NCBI GenBank assembly: GCA_001643675.2
Contig: LSRY02000041.1
Coordinates: forward strand, 682,001 to 746,000
DNA length: 64,000 bases
Direction: 5' to 3'
Source of the DNA: Monocercomonoides exilis PA203
Lineage: Eukaryota > Protista > Preaxostyla
Translations under genes and position numbers: made by a program
Shown here: in pieces, positions 12,324 to 23,892 of the stretch
How positions within the stretch are numbered: position 1 is the first letter of the stretch
How the letters are laid out: each line of letters begins with the position of its first letter
The notes under the pieces: model-generated
Database searches by the model: none
Seen by the model: the letters and a program-made list of their open reading frames with translations, nothing else
Told to the model about the DNA's origin: nothing

Positions 12324-15300
12324 ATGTCTGCTTCTCAGTCTTCTTCGGAACAAAAAGAAGCAAAAGAAGCAAAGAATGAAGTTCTGGAGTCTTCCTCATC
12401 ACAGTCTGATGATGGCACAAAAGAAATTAGAAATAACTCTGTACAGTCCGGACAAGGGAATATTAAAGAATTTGCGAGAAAGCCAAATAAAGAAGAACAA
12501 TCTTGTTTTTTAGCAAACCTCTTTTTTTGCTTCTTCTTTCCATTTGTTTGCCGAATTAAGCCAATCAGATCCGAAGATTTTCCAGAAGTGCATAGAAAAG
12601 ACAGTGCTGAAAGGGTAACTAATTTGGTTGAAAAGAAGTGGATAGTTAAATATGAAAAATATGTGAATGAACTGTGCAAATATGAAGAGGAGTTGCAGAG
12701 AAATCCACAGTTTGTTCTAACATTTTTTTCTTTTAGCTTTGTGGATATGATTTTTTTTTTGATTGATTTTTTAGGACAACCTTGAAAAAACCAGGTTTAC
12801 CTTCATTGATTGGAAGTGTAATCGGTGGAATTGGCATATGGAATATATTATTCGCTGGGATATCATTGCTACTAGGCCTTGCCTTTAACTTGCTTCAACC
12901 AACAATGATGAAAGAGCTTCTTAAATCGTTGAACCTAAAGCAGCTCTACGATGTTACAAATGGCAATGCTGGGAGTGGCGAATTTCCTTATGCTGCTGTG
13001 ATTATTATCATCCTTTGCCCTATTGGTCATTACATGTTTGATGCATTGGGTTTCCGGATGCTGTTCCATTTCTGCTCGCAGATGCGTTCTTCGCTGACAG
13101 GGCTGATCTACAACAAGACGCTGAAGCTGAACATAACATCGCAGGCAAACATAGACACAGGGCGTATTCTAACGCTGATCTCAACCGACGCTCGGCAGAT
13201 TGGAGAGATGCTCCCGATGTTCCTGCAGATAATCGTCATCCCCTTCCAGTTCTTCATCTCCTTCGTGTTCGTTCTGATTGATTTCAGCTATTCCACCTTC
13301 ATGTCCTGGGCGGTGCTCGTCATCATCGTGCCTTTCCAGGTGCTGATGGGTGTTCTGATGGGCGGGCAGCTCAAGATGTACCTGGGATACAACGACCAGC
13401 GGAACAAAGTGGTGAACGAGACACTTCAGGGGATGCGTGTGGTGAAGTACACAGGGCTGGAGAATGTGTTCATGAAGAACGTCGACACCATCAGAGAAGG
13501 GCAGATCAAATACTCTTTCTACTTCACACTTCTCCAACAGACCATCTTCGGCATCCTGCGTACAGTCCCAATTCTGAACAACCTCGCCACGTTTTCAGTG
13601 TTTGTCGCCGTGAACCACATCACCCAGGAGCAGTTCTCATTGAAAGTGATGCCGAACATTGGGTATTTGACACTCATGACACAGCCAACGAACCAGCTGC
13701 CCATGATCATCCAGGGATACTCCATGCTGCAGATCTCTGTCAACCGTATTGCTGAGTTCCTTGTGCTCCCCGAAGTGAAGATTATTCCTCTGGAAAAACC
13801 AGCTGAGCCAGAACTGGCTGTGAAAGTGACCAGCGCCTCGTTCCGCTGGGGCAATCCTCCGGAGATTCCGATGACGATGGCAGAGAGGAAGAAAGCACAG
13901 GCCGAGCTGAAGAAGAAGAAGGCGGCGCAGGCAAAGATGCTCGCACAGAGAGCTGCATCAGGAGGAGAAGGAGGAGAAGGGGAAAACGAGAAAAGTTTAC
14001 TCCGCGGAGAAATATCTCCGTCTTCTAGTGATGGGATAGCGACAAATAACACACAAAGCACAGAAAACGCAGAAAATACTGAAAATACAGAAAGTATGCA
14101 AAGTATTCAGAATACACCAACACCTTCATCGAGTAGTAATCCATCTGCTCTGATGTCCGTGTTTTCGATGTATCCAGAGACATCACAATCAACAACGATG
14201 CCTTCCAGAGCATCTTCAGCTGCCGTTGATTATTCATCATCATCCTCTTCATCATCATCCTCTTCATCATCGTCATCTTCTTCAAGTGTGATGATAAAGT
14301 CTGATTCATCAGGTTTGGAGGAAATGTCTCTTGTTCAGTATGAGAAGGAACATTCGAAGGCATCTGGAAACAAAGAAGAAGCGAAAAAGAGCGAAAACAC
14401 AGAAGAACCAACTGTTTCGACGAATTCAGAAGAGAAAAGCAAAGAAAATAAAGAAAACACAGAAAATGCAATGTCGAAAGAGGAATCTCAGAATAAACAA
14501 GAAGAAAAAGAAGAAAAAGAAGAAGAAAACACAAAAGAAGGATTAAGTGATGAAACAAAGAATGAAGCGAATGAGGAAGAGAAATGCTCAATTTTGACTA
14601 TTCGCGCTGAAAAACCAGAAAGCTCAACAGAAATTGAAGAGAAAGAAGCAGAGAAAGAGGAAAATGCACAGAAAGAAGCTGAAAAGGAAGGCAATGAGGA
14701 TGTTATGGAATCTAAGGAGCAGAATTCATCGTCATCGTCATCGTCATCATCTTCTTCTTCTACATCATCAACCACATCATCTGTATTTTCTTTAACTTCT
14801 TCTTCTTCCTCTTCTTCCACTTCAACTCAACTCCACATCTCCTCAACAACAGAGTCACGTCAGCCTTCCAGCCATTCTCACTCCTCCAGCTTTAGCCCCA
14901 CTCCATCTCCTTCTCTTTCTCTTTCCATTTCCATCTCTCCTTCTCCTTCTCCCTCTTCTTCCATTTCCCCTTCTGCCACTCCTTCTCCTTCCCCCACCCC
15001 TTCTCCTTCCCCTTCACCTTCACCTTCTCCTTCCATGCTCCCTGTGACAGACCGTCCTGTTCTAACCGACATCTCTTTCTCTCTCCCCAAAGGCTCCCTC
15101 ACAATGGTGATAGGCGGTGTGGGCTCGGGGAAATCCTCGTTGGGAGCGTGTGTCATCGGAGAAATAGAGAAGATCAGCGGAACAGTCGAAGTGGATGGGA
15201 ATGTAGCGTATTGCCCGCAGGTGGCGTGGATCAACGACAACACAGTGAGGGGAAACATCACGTTTGGCTCTGCATTTGACGAGGAAAAATATTTGAATGT

Positions 15301-17755
15301 GGTTCATCTGTGTTCGCTGGAGACGGATTTCAAGACTCTGTCGGCTGGAGACCAGACGGCCATAGGGGAAAAGGGGGTGAATTTGAGTGGAGGGCAGAAG
15401 GCGAGGATTCAGCTGGCACGGGCGGTGTATGCCGATAGAGACATTTACATTCTGGATGACCCTCTTTCAGCAGTCGATGCACATGTGGGGAGGTTCTTGT
15501 TTGATGAGTGCATCATTGGAAATCTGAAGGGAAGAGGGAAGACAATATTTCTGATGACGAATCAGCTGCAGTATTTGGACAAAGCAGACAATGTTATTTT
15601 GCTGAATCAGGGGAAGATTGTGGCGCAGGGCAAGTATGAAGAGCTGAGGGAGAAAGGGATTGACTTCAGCAAGTACATCATCAAGAAGAGGAAGACAGGA
15701 GATGGAGAGGCGGATATGAAGGCTCATCATCACCAGTACCAGCATCAGCATAAGCACCATCACCATCACAATGAGAATGAAAAGGACAAAAGAGAAGGAG
15801 AAGGAGAGGGAAACGAAGAAGAAGGCGAAGGCAAGCAAAAAGAGAACAAAAACGACGAAGTCGAAGACAAACGGAAGATGCTACATGGAGCAGAAAGCAA
15901 TGCCGGGAAGCAGATTATGACTGAAGAAGAGCAAGAGACAGGCTCTGTCCCATACAGCATCTACTTCAAATACATCAGATCTCTCTTTCCTTTCCCTGTA
16001 TTCCTCTTCTGGGTGTTTCTGGTGCTGGCGAGCTCAGGTTTGATCTGCTTTGCTCAGTATTGGCTAGGAATAATTGGCTCTACAGATCGCATCAATACAC
16101 TCAGCTACAACTGGAAGATTGGATTGTACGGCTTCTTCGGCGTGGGCATGTTTGTGGTGAACCAGACGCGGGCGTTTGTGTCAGCGTATGCAGTGAAGCG
16201 GGCGAATAGGATCACACACAGGAATCTGCTGAACCATGTGATGCATTGCCCATCCTCTTTCTTTGATACAACACCATTGGGCAGAGTGCTGAACAGATTC
16301 ACTGGGGATATGTCACAAGCAGACAACACGATGTACTTCTTCCTCATTCAAGTACTGAACTTCTGGCTGAACATGCTGGGACAGTGTGTTATTGTTGGCG
16401 TGGACACTCCGTTCTTCCTGGCGATTGGGCTTCCTGCAATGGTCGTGTTCTACATCATCATGTGCATCTACTCACGCACCTCGCGTAATCTGCAGAGACA
16501 AGAATCTATTTCTCGTTCTCCTGTGCTCTCTCTCTATGGCGAGACAGTCAGTGGTGCTGGCTTGTCCACAATCCGTGCGTATCACCTGGAGGACTCGTGG
16601 AGGCAGAAGTTCTTCTGCTTCAACGACGAATGGACGATCCGCTTTGTGCTGTTCCGTGAGGGGCAGAAGTGGGCGACTCTGTACTGCTCCTTTGTGTCTA
16701 CCTTGTTTATGGCAGGTGTGGTGCTTATTGGCTGGTTCACAATGGACATCTCACAGCTCAGTGTCGCCATCACTGCATCCATCCAGTTCGCAATGTATGG
16801 AGTCATCCTTGTGCAGCAGAACACAGAATTGGAGTCACGAATGACCGGATATCAGAGAATCGTGTTCTATTCGACCAAATTGCCACAGGAGAAAGATCAC
16901 TCAAAGAAAGACGGGGCGGTTGAGCCGCCGAAGGAGTGGCCAGCAGAGGGGAAAGTGGAGTATGACGATGTGTCGTTCAGATATCGCCCTGGTCTACCTT
17001 ATGTTCTGCAGGATGTGTCATTCACATTCAGAGGAGGAGAAAAAATTGGGGTGTGTGGGCGAACAGGGGCGGGGAAGTCGTCGTTGTTGTTTGCTCTGTT
17101 CAGGCTGATCGAGCTGGATCCGAAGCTGCAGCCGACGATGATTGATGTGAGCACAGGTTTCCCCATCCCGCCACCAGATCCTTCGATTGAGCCGCCGAAC
17201 AAAGGAAGAGTGCTGATTGATGGAGTGGATATATCCAAAGTGAATCTGGGCAGAGTGCGGAGATCGATTGCTATCATTCCGCAGGACCCCACGCTGTTCA
17301 CAGGAACTGTCAGGTACAATCTTGACATTGGAGGTGGTTGCAGTGATGATGAGATATGGGAAGTGTTAGATTTGATAGAGATGAAAGAGGCAATTCTTGC
17401 ACTTCCCTTGGGGCTGAACACACAAGTGGCCGAAGGCGGGTCGAACTTCAGCTGCGGGCAGAGGCAGCTGATGTGTTTTGGGAGGGCGATCTTGAACCAC
17501 TGCCGCATTGTGATTATGGACGAGGCAACGGCCAGTGTGGATGTGGAGACGGATGCGAAGATACAGAACACGATCAGAAAGGTGTTTGCAAAGCAGACGG
17601 TAATTGTGATTGCGCACAGGCTGAACACGATTATGGGGAGTGACAGGATTATGGTGATGAACAAAGGGCGCGTGGCGGAGTTGGACACACCCGCTAATCT
17701 GCTGGCCAATCCAGATTCAGCTTTCAATGGATTGATTCACAGCCTTGATCATTAG
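12324..17755 (+). CDS. ABC transporter subfamily C (short MRP type, TMD-NBD-TMD-NBD); exons 12324-12709, 12775-17755
   Basis: NBD1 has GGVGSGKSS, LSGGQ, IYILDDPLSAVDAHVG. NBD2 has GRTGAGKSS, IIPQDP, FSCGQRQL, IVIMDEATASVD, IAHRL. TMD2 carries FFDTTPLGRVLNRF. Intron 12710-12774 (GTTTG..TTAG) restores the frame. Confidence 0.95.
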
Positions 17756-18145
17756 TGATCAGTATTGTATTTTTATTCTAGTCAGATATTTTGTTGGGAA
17801 TAATGAAAGTATATTATCTTTATTTTCATCACAACACATTTTTTGTATTATGTGTATGCTTGAGAGTTGAAAAATTTGAAACTCGTTTATTCACATCACT
17901 GTTAATTATTTAGATTTTTTTTTTTTGAATTTTTCACACATTTAACAAATGCTATCAAATTGAGAAGTGTTCATTTTACGTGTTGCAGTGTGTTGTTTAT
18001 TTTCAGCCCAACTTCGAGTGAAATAACTGATTGTTAATAAATGATAATATCACAAAAATAAATCCATTATGGGCAAAAAATATTTATTTCCAACTCTTTT
18101 TGTTCTATAAGAGTTTTCATTGGACTTTGCTTTACTTAAAATGCA

Positions 18146-20811
18146 ATGGAAATGACATTTCAAATTATGCAGCAGAAGCAACAAAGCAAAGAAAAAGATG
18201 CTTCTTGCTCTTCTGCAAGTTTAGATTTACAAAATGAACTTGGCTTTCTTTCGCGTTCTGACAAAATAAGCTTACTTCAAAAAATTAAAAAAGAATGTGA
18301 CGAAGATGTTTCACTGTGTGTTAAATTATTTAAATGTATTTCACACAATATTTATTCTTATAAATGAAATTATTTAATTCAATTTAAAGGCCATGCCGTG
18401 AAGATGCAAAATGCATCGTTTTCGGAACTGGAAATCCAGATGCAAAGCTTGTTTTTATTGGAGAAGGACCAGGAGGGCAGGAAGATAAAACTGGAATTCC
18501 ATTTGTTGGCGCATCAGGAAAACTTCTTCATCAGCTTCTTGAAAAGTTAAATATTACCACTGACGATATTTACATTTGCAACATATTGAAATGTCTAAAC
18601 GGCAAAAAGAAAACTCTTTCGGAAAGCGAACTCATGGAGCATGCAAAATATCTTCTTCAACAAATAAAAGTTATTGATCCTGTTTGGTTAGTGGTCATGG
18701 GAAATTATGCAATGAAATTTGTTCTCAACAACTTTAAAATGGATGGGATGGCAAAAGTGAAAGGAATTTTAGCTGTGCATGGACTTGAACACAGAATTAA
18801 AAAGCCATATAAAAAAACCAATGAACCTGGATGGGTTGATTACTTCAGGGTATTTCCGACGCTTCATCCGGCAGCCGTATTGCACAATTCTTCGATGAGA
18901 TCGTCTTTGATCGATGATTTTGAAATATTTGGGAAAATTCTTCGAGAAGAAATTGCTCAAAAACCGATTGAAGTTTCAGAAAGTTCTTTCACAACTCCAA
19001 AGAAAAGAACCAGAACAGCTTCAAACGATACCAAATCAATCTTTTCGCCAACTTCCCCCAAATCTTCACAGACAACTCCAACTACTAGAAAATTCCGCCT
19101 TATCAAAGATGAGGAAGGTGAAATGAAGGATGAGCAAGAGACTATTTTACAGACTGAAAAGCCACTTAAAAGTAATCAAAATGATTCTTTGCATAATTTA
19201 AAGTCACTTTCCAATAAAGACAAAGAGAAAACAAACATGTCTGTAACAACATTGTCTTTGGAATCGTTTACTAATCCTTTCTCCACATTAAAGGCGACTC
19301 CTCATCATTTGAATAAAGAACACTCTATTTCAAGCAATCCTTTTTCTGAAGAGTCATTCAGTGAGGAAAAGAAGCTGATTGATTTGAACGAGCTTATTCC
19401 ATTGGATGACTTGAATGTGATTGATTCTGATTTTGATGAGGAAATGAAGCTACCTCAAGAACAAAAGAAAGAAATGACTTATTCTGTGTCTCAATCATCA
19501 TCATCTAATGCAATCGTGAATACAACTCAGAAAGATGAAAATTTCATCCAAATATCAGAGAAAGAACAGAAGGAACAGAAAAATGAGAAAATGGATGAAA
19601 ACGTACAAAAACCAACTCTTCATTCCGAAGGCTCATTCAACAAAACGCTTGTTGATGCAGCTTTCAAACCAACACTTCACAGACAAAGTCAGCTGTTATA
19701 TAAACAACTTCACAATTCTCAGGCAAAGCAATTATTATCAAATACAGAAATTCATTATGACAAAAGAATAGACAATACGTTGATTGACACTGATAAAGAA
19801 CATTTTACTGAGCAAACTATGAAATACCCAACACAATTGGATTTATCATTATCTGAAACTGTTTTGCCGGCAGATTCTCAACAATTAACCTCATATTCTT
19901 CTCAAATGCCACATAAATTGATGTCTGAAGAGGATAAAACTGCGTCTTCTGTATGCAAATTAAACACACTTTCACCAACACTTCATCTACCAAGCACACA
20001 GTCTCATTTTATGGCTGATTCAGAAGTTGATTTCTCTTCTCCTCAAGAAAAATTGCTGTTATCAGAAAATAAACAAATTTTTTCACAAGCCAAAACAGAC
20101 AAGCAAATTGAAGAAATAATCAAAATGAGAGATCAAACCAGAAATGAAGGCAATCTCAGTTCAGAATCACAGGAAACATCCACATTGTCTTCTCCATTTT
20201 TGAGTCTCCAAACACAAAATCATCAAAACGAATTAGATAACTCTCTTTCCCAGTTCTGCAATCCTCTTTTGTCTTCTGCTGTTTTTGTCACAGCATCACA
20301 TGCCCCTCAGCCATTTGCCTCGTCTGTTCCTTCTTCTCTTCCTTCTTCTGTGGATGTGAGTGCTTCTGAATCACTTGATCAGACTTTTATGCTTACACCT
20401 TGTTCTCCTGATATTTCTTCATTATCACCATCATCTTCTTCTTCATCTTCATGTTTATCTTCTTTTATTTCTTCTTCTGCAGCGAACACTTCATATTCAT
20501 TTCATGAACAGAGTTTTGATTCATTCAATGATTCAAATGATCATTCTACTATTTTGCATTCTTTAACTGATGAATCCATTTTGCAGGAAGAAGAGACTGC
20601 GATTGAAGGAACAGCTCCCACACTGGTTGATTCATGTGTTGCAATTGAATCTCTTTCTGCTATACAAAATAGTTCTGATATTCCGTCTCATAACCAAGTT
20701 ACTTCTTCTTCTCTTAGCCCATCTTCTCAATCAAACATTTCAAGAACTCCAAAATTTCAACGTTGTTCACTCTTTTCACAACTTTATCCAAATAGATCAC
20801 CAAAAAAATAA
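18146..20811 (+). CDS. Family-4 uracil-DNA glycosylase with long low-complexity C-terminal extension; exons 18146-18315, 18390-20811
   Basis: VFGTGNPDAKLVFIGEGPGGQEDKTGIPFVGASGKLL, IYICNILKC, QIKVIDP..VVMGNYA and PTLHPAAVLH are the family-4 UDG motifs (GEGPG motif A, HPAA motif B). Intron 18316-18389 (GTGTG..AAAG) keeps the frame. Confidence 0.9.
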
Positions 20812-20949
20812 TAATAAATAAAAACTGTATAGTTGTTTTGTGGGAAAATAACTTTGAATCAGTTGTGCTGTTATTTAGAAAATTTTGAAAAAAAATACAA
20901 GATAAAATTTCATGATCAAATTTAATATAATTTGTGTATTTAAATAAAA

Positions 20950-22200
20950 ATGTCCGATTCAAGTGATTCTGAATCGTCTTATGTTCCTGAAGAAGACGAA
21001 ATTATATATGAAGACGAGTCTGACACAGATTCAGAAGAAGAAGTTGATGCGAATTCCCAAACTGAAGAAAAGCCACATGTTTCTGTAAAACAAGAGAATA
21101 TTCTTCTTAAAAAGAAATTAAAAGAGATCAAAAAAGACATGCCTATAACTGAACAATTATCCTTTACATCAACAACACCTTTAAAAATCGAAAAATTGGG
21201 AGATGATTTGGAACGTGAACTTTCTTTGTATGCAGTTGTTAAATAAAGATATTTCAAAAATTAAATGAAATTTTACATTCATCTATTGTATCATTGTTTT
21301 ACTTAGCTACACCCAAACCGTTGATGTTGTTAAGGATGCATTTCGCGAATTGGACAAAGTGCATCTCCAATATAAAAGGCCTCCTTCATTTTTCAGCCCA
21401 ATGATAAAGGATGATGATCAAATGGAAAAGGTTCAATGAAAATATTTCATGATTTATTCGTCTTTAACATTTTATTTTATTTTATTTTATTTTTTGTTTA
21501 TAATTTCCAGATTCAAAAACATCTTGAAGAAGAACAAAAAAGACTTGAAAAAGCTGAATTGGTAAAGCAAAGCCGCCAACTTAGAAAAGAATGTGTGTAA
21601 CAATCAATTATTAAGCTATTCAAAACAACTTTATTTATTTATTTATTTTGCACGAATAGCGAAAAAAAAGCCTGCTGTTCAACAAAAGAAAGAATCACAT
21701 GAAAAATTGAGAGATGATGTTTTGGCCGAAATGGAAAAACCAGAAAAAAGGAAGAGAGGCGATAATCATGACGGAAAGAAAAAATTCGGGAAGAATGAAC
21801 TTCCAAAGAAATCCAAAAAGAGAGAAGCAAAAGATAGAAAATATGGCTTTGGTGGAAAGAAGAAGCATTTGAAGTCAAATACCTTTGAGTCGACGAGCAA
21901 TTTTGATATTCCACGTGGATTGAAGGTTTGAATATCAGCTGTCAGCATTTTCATTTCTATAAAAATCATTATCCTCTGTTAATATATTCTAATAATATTT
22001 CTCTCTAATGTTTTACTCAAAATTTCATTTTCTTTTATTATCTTCCATTTCATCATCTTTTTTATTACTAGAAAAATCCATTCGGCGGATTTTCATCACA
22101 CAAATCCCGAGGAGGAGGAGGAGGAAGAGGAGGCAGAGGCGGAAGCCGTGGTGGAAGTAGAGGAAGTAGAGGAAGAGGAGGAAGCAGAGGAAGACATTAA
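20950..22200 (+). CDS. EBP2: rRNA-processing protein Ebp2; exons 20950-21227, 21307-21430, 21511-21592, 21660-21925, 22072-22200
   Basis: The spliced product reads DDLERELSFYTQ..KRPPSFFSPMIKDDDQMEKIQKHL..KQSRQLRK..KKREAKDRKYGFGGKKKHLKSN. All four introns are GT-AG and phase-consistent. The last exon encodes an RGG-rich tail. Confidence 0.9.
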
Positions 22201-22374
22201 TCGTCTTTTAATGCTTTGTTGCAAACATTTCACAATAAATTTTAAAAATTTCACATCAACAAAAAATTCCAAGATTTATATGTGTGGCTTTGAAAAGTGT
22301 ATCAATTGAAATTCTGTTTCTTTTTTGTGCATTTAGCTTGTTTTTGCTTTTATTCTTCCTTCCAAACTTCTTTT

Positions 22375-23622
22375 TCAAAGAACAGAGAAAGAATGAAGAG
22401 CTCTTTGATAAGAAGATGCGGCTTCTTCGATGAGTTGTTCGTCTTTTCTAACTTCTTCTTCTTTCTCTGCCAAAATCCTCTCATACTTCTTTTTTTCATC
22501 AAACCTTTTTTCAGATGGCAAATAGAATCTGCTTTCTTTTGGTGAACTTTCCTTTGGGTGGAAGTATTCCATTTCATCATCTCTTTTTCTTTCTCTATGC
22601 GTTGTTGGACGATGACATGTTGGGCAATACTTGTTTCGTTTCCAATGCATCTCTTCTTCGTTTTCCTCGTATTTTTCACTTTTTCTTCGCCTGTGTTCGC
22701 AATCTCGTTTATACGCTTGCTTTGCATATTCTCTTTCAAGCTGTTGGCGTGAAACTTGATAATCATCAGAAGGAGTATAAATTGGCATTATTGAAGTGAC
22801 AACAGATGGATTCGTGCTACCAAAAAGGTGAGATGGTGAAGATGATGAGTGAAGTGTTGGAGTTTCTGTGTGAGAAACGGATTTCTTTATTGATATGTCA
22901 AGAGATTCACTTGGCATAGAAGTTGGAATGACAATTGTTTTCATTGTTTGTAGTTTCCCTTTTAGCTTGTCAGTTTTTCCATTAAATCCTGAAGTGTTAA
23001 TGGAATGTGATAATGGAGAAGGAGGATCGCAATTTTCATCTGTCACTGAAGATTCCTCAGATGAGAAAGATGAAGTATCTGATTCACCTGAAGAAGATTC
23101 TGAATCATCATTTGTAATCTTTTTCGAAGTTAAACGGTAATGCGATTTTCGTGAAGGAGAAATACTGGAACGTAAAGAAAAATTTCTAGAAACAGGTCTA
23201 TGGATAGGACTTTTGTTAAAAGGTGATAGATATTGCTGAGAAGTCAAGCGAAGTGAATTCAACGTTTTTCTTAAACTTGCATAATCCTCAGCGAATGTTG
23301 ATTTTCTATGATTTGAAGGAGAAGATTTCTGTCTGGATGTTTTTGAATATGATTGATTATGACGAAGAGTATTGTGCATTTTTTGTTTTCTTTGATGTTC
23401 ATGAGGTTCATCAAAAAATTCATTTCGTAAAATTTGTTTTGTATGAGATAAAGCCTTCAAAAATGATTCATAAGATCCGTCTCCATCATGTAATATTCGT
23501 TCAACCGTTTTCTTTCCTTCTTCAGATATTCTTTGGTCAGAAATGTGTAATTCTTCGGATAATAGTTTTTTCATTTGCTCATTCAAAACATGTTTAGAGG
23601 GGGGATATGCTGGAATGCTCAT
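22375..23622 (-). CDS. Hypothetical protein (Ser-rich middle, charged coiled-coil C-terminus)
   Basis: Open frame of about 415 codons in AT-rich DNA, with ATG at 23622. No recognised domain; contains one CPTC. Confidence 0.6.
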   Translation of the reverse strand: MSIPAYPPSKHVLNEQMKKLLSEELHISDQRISEEGKKTVERILHDGDGSYESFLKALSHTKQILRNEFFDEPHEHQRKQKMHNTLRHNQSYSKTSRQKSSPSNHRKSTFAEDYASLRKTLNSLRLTSQQYLSPFNKSPIHRPVSRNFSLRSSISPSRKSHYRLTSKKITNDDSESSSGESDTSSFSSEESSVTDENCDPPSPLSHSINTSGFNGKTDKLKGKLQTMKTIVIPTSMPSESLDISIKKSVSHTETPTLHSSSSPSHLFGSTNPSVVTSIMPIYTPSDDYQVSRQQLEREYAKQAYKRDCEHRRRKSEKYEENEEEMHWKRNKYCPTCHRPTTHRERKRDDEMEYFHPKESSPKESRFYLPSEKRFDEKKKYERILAEKEEEVRKDEQLIEEAASSYQRALHSFSVL

Positions 23623-23892
23623 AAGCAAAATATACGTTTGCCCAAATACAAAATAAAATTTAACTTATAAGAAATTTATTATTATGGGAATGTTTTTTTT
23701 GAATTTTTCGAATATCATGCAAAAAAATTGTTATTAATTCTGTTTTTGAGAAAAATATAAATATGCATTAACATTTAACTTAAATTTTAGCTAAATAGTT
23801 GATTATAACTGGATTTTTCCATTTTCTAAAAATGAGACGTGAAAAAATGAAAGACTAATTTGCAAAATCATTAACACAAAAGTACAATTTTT

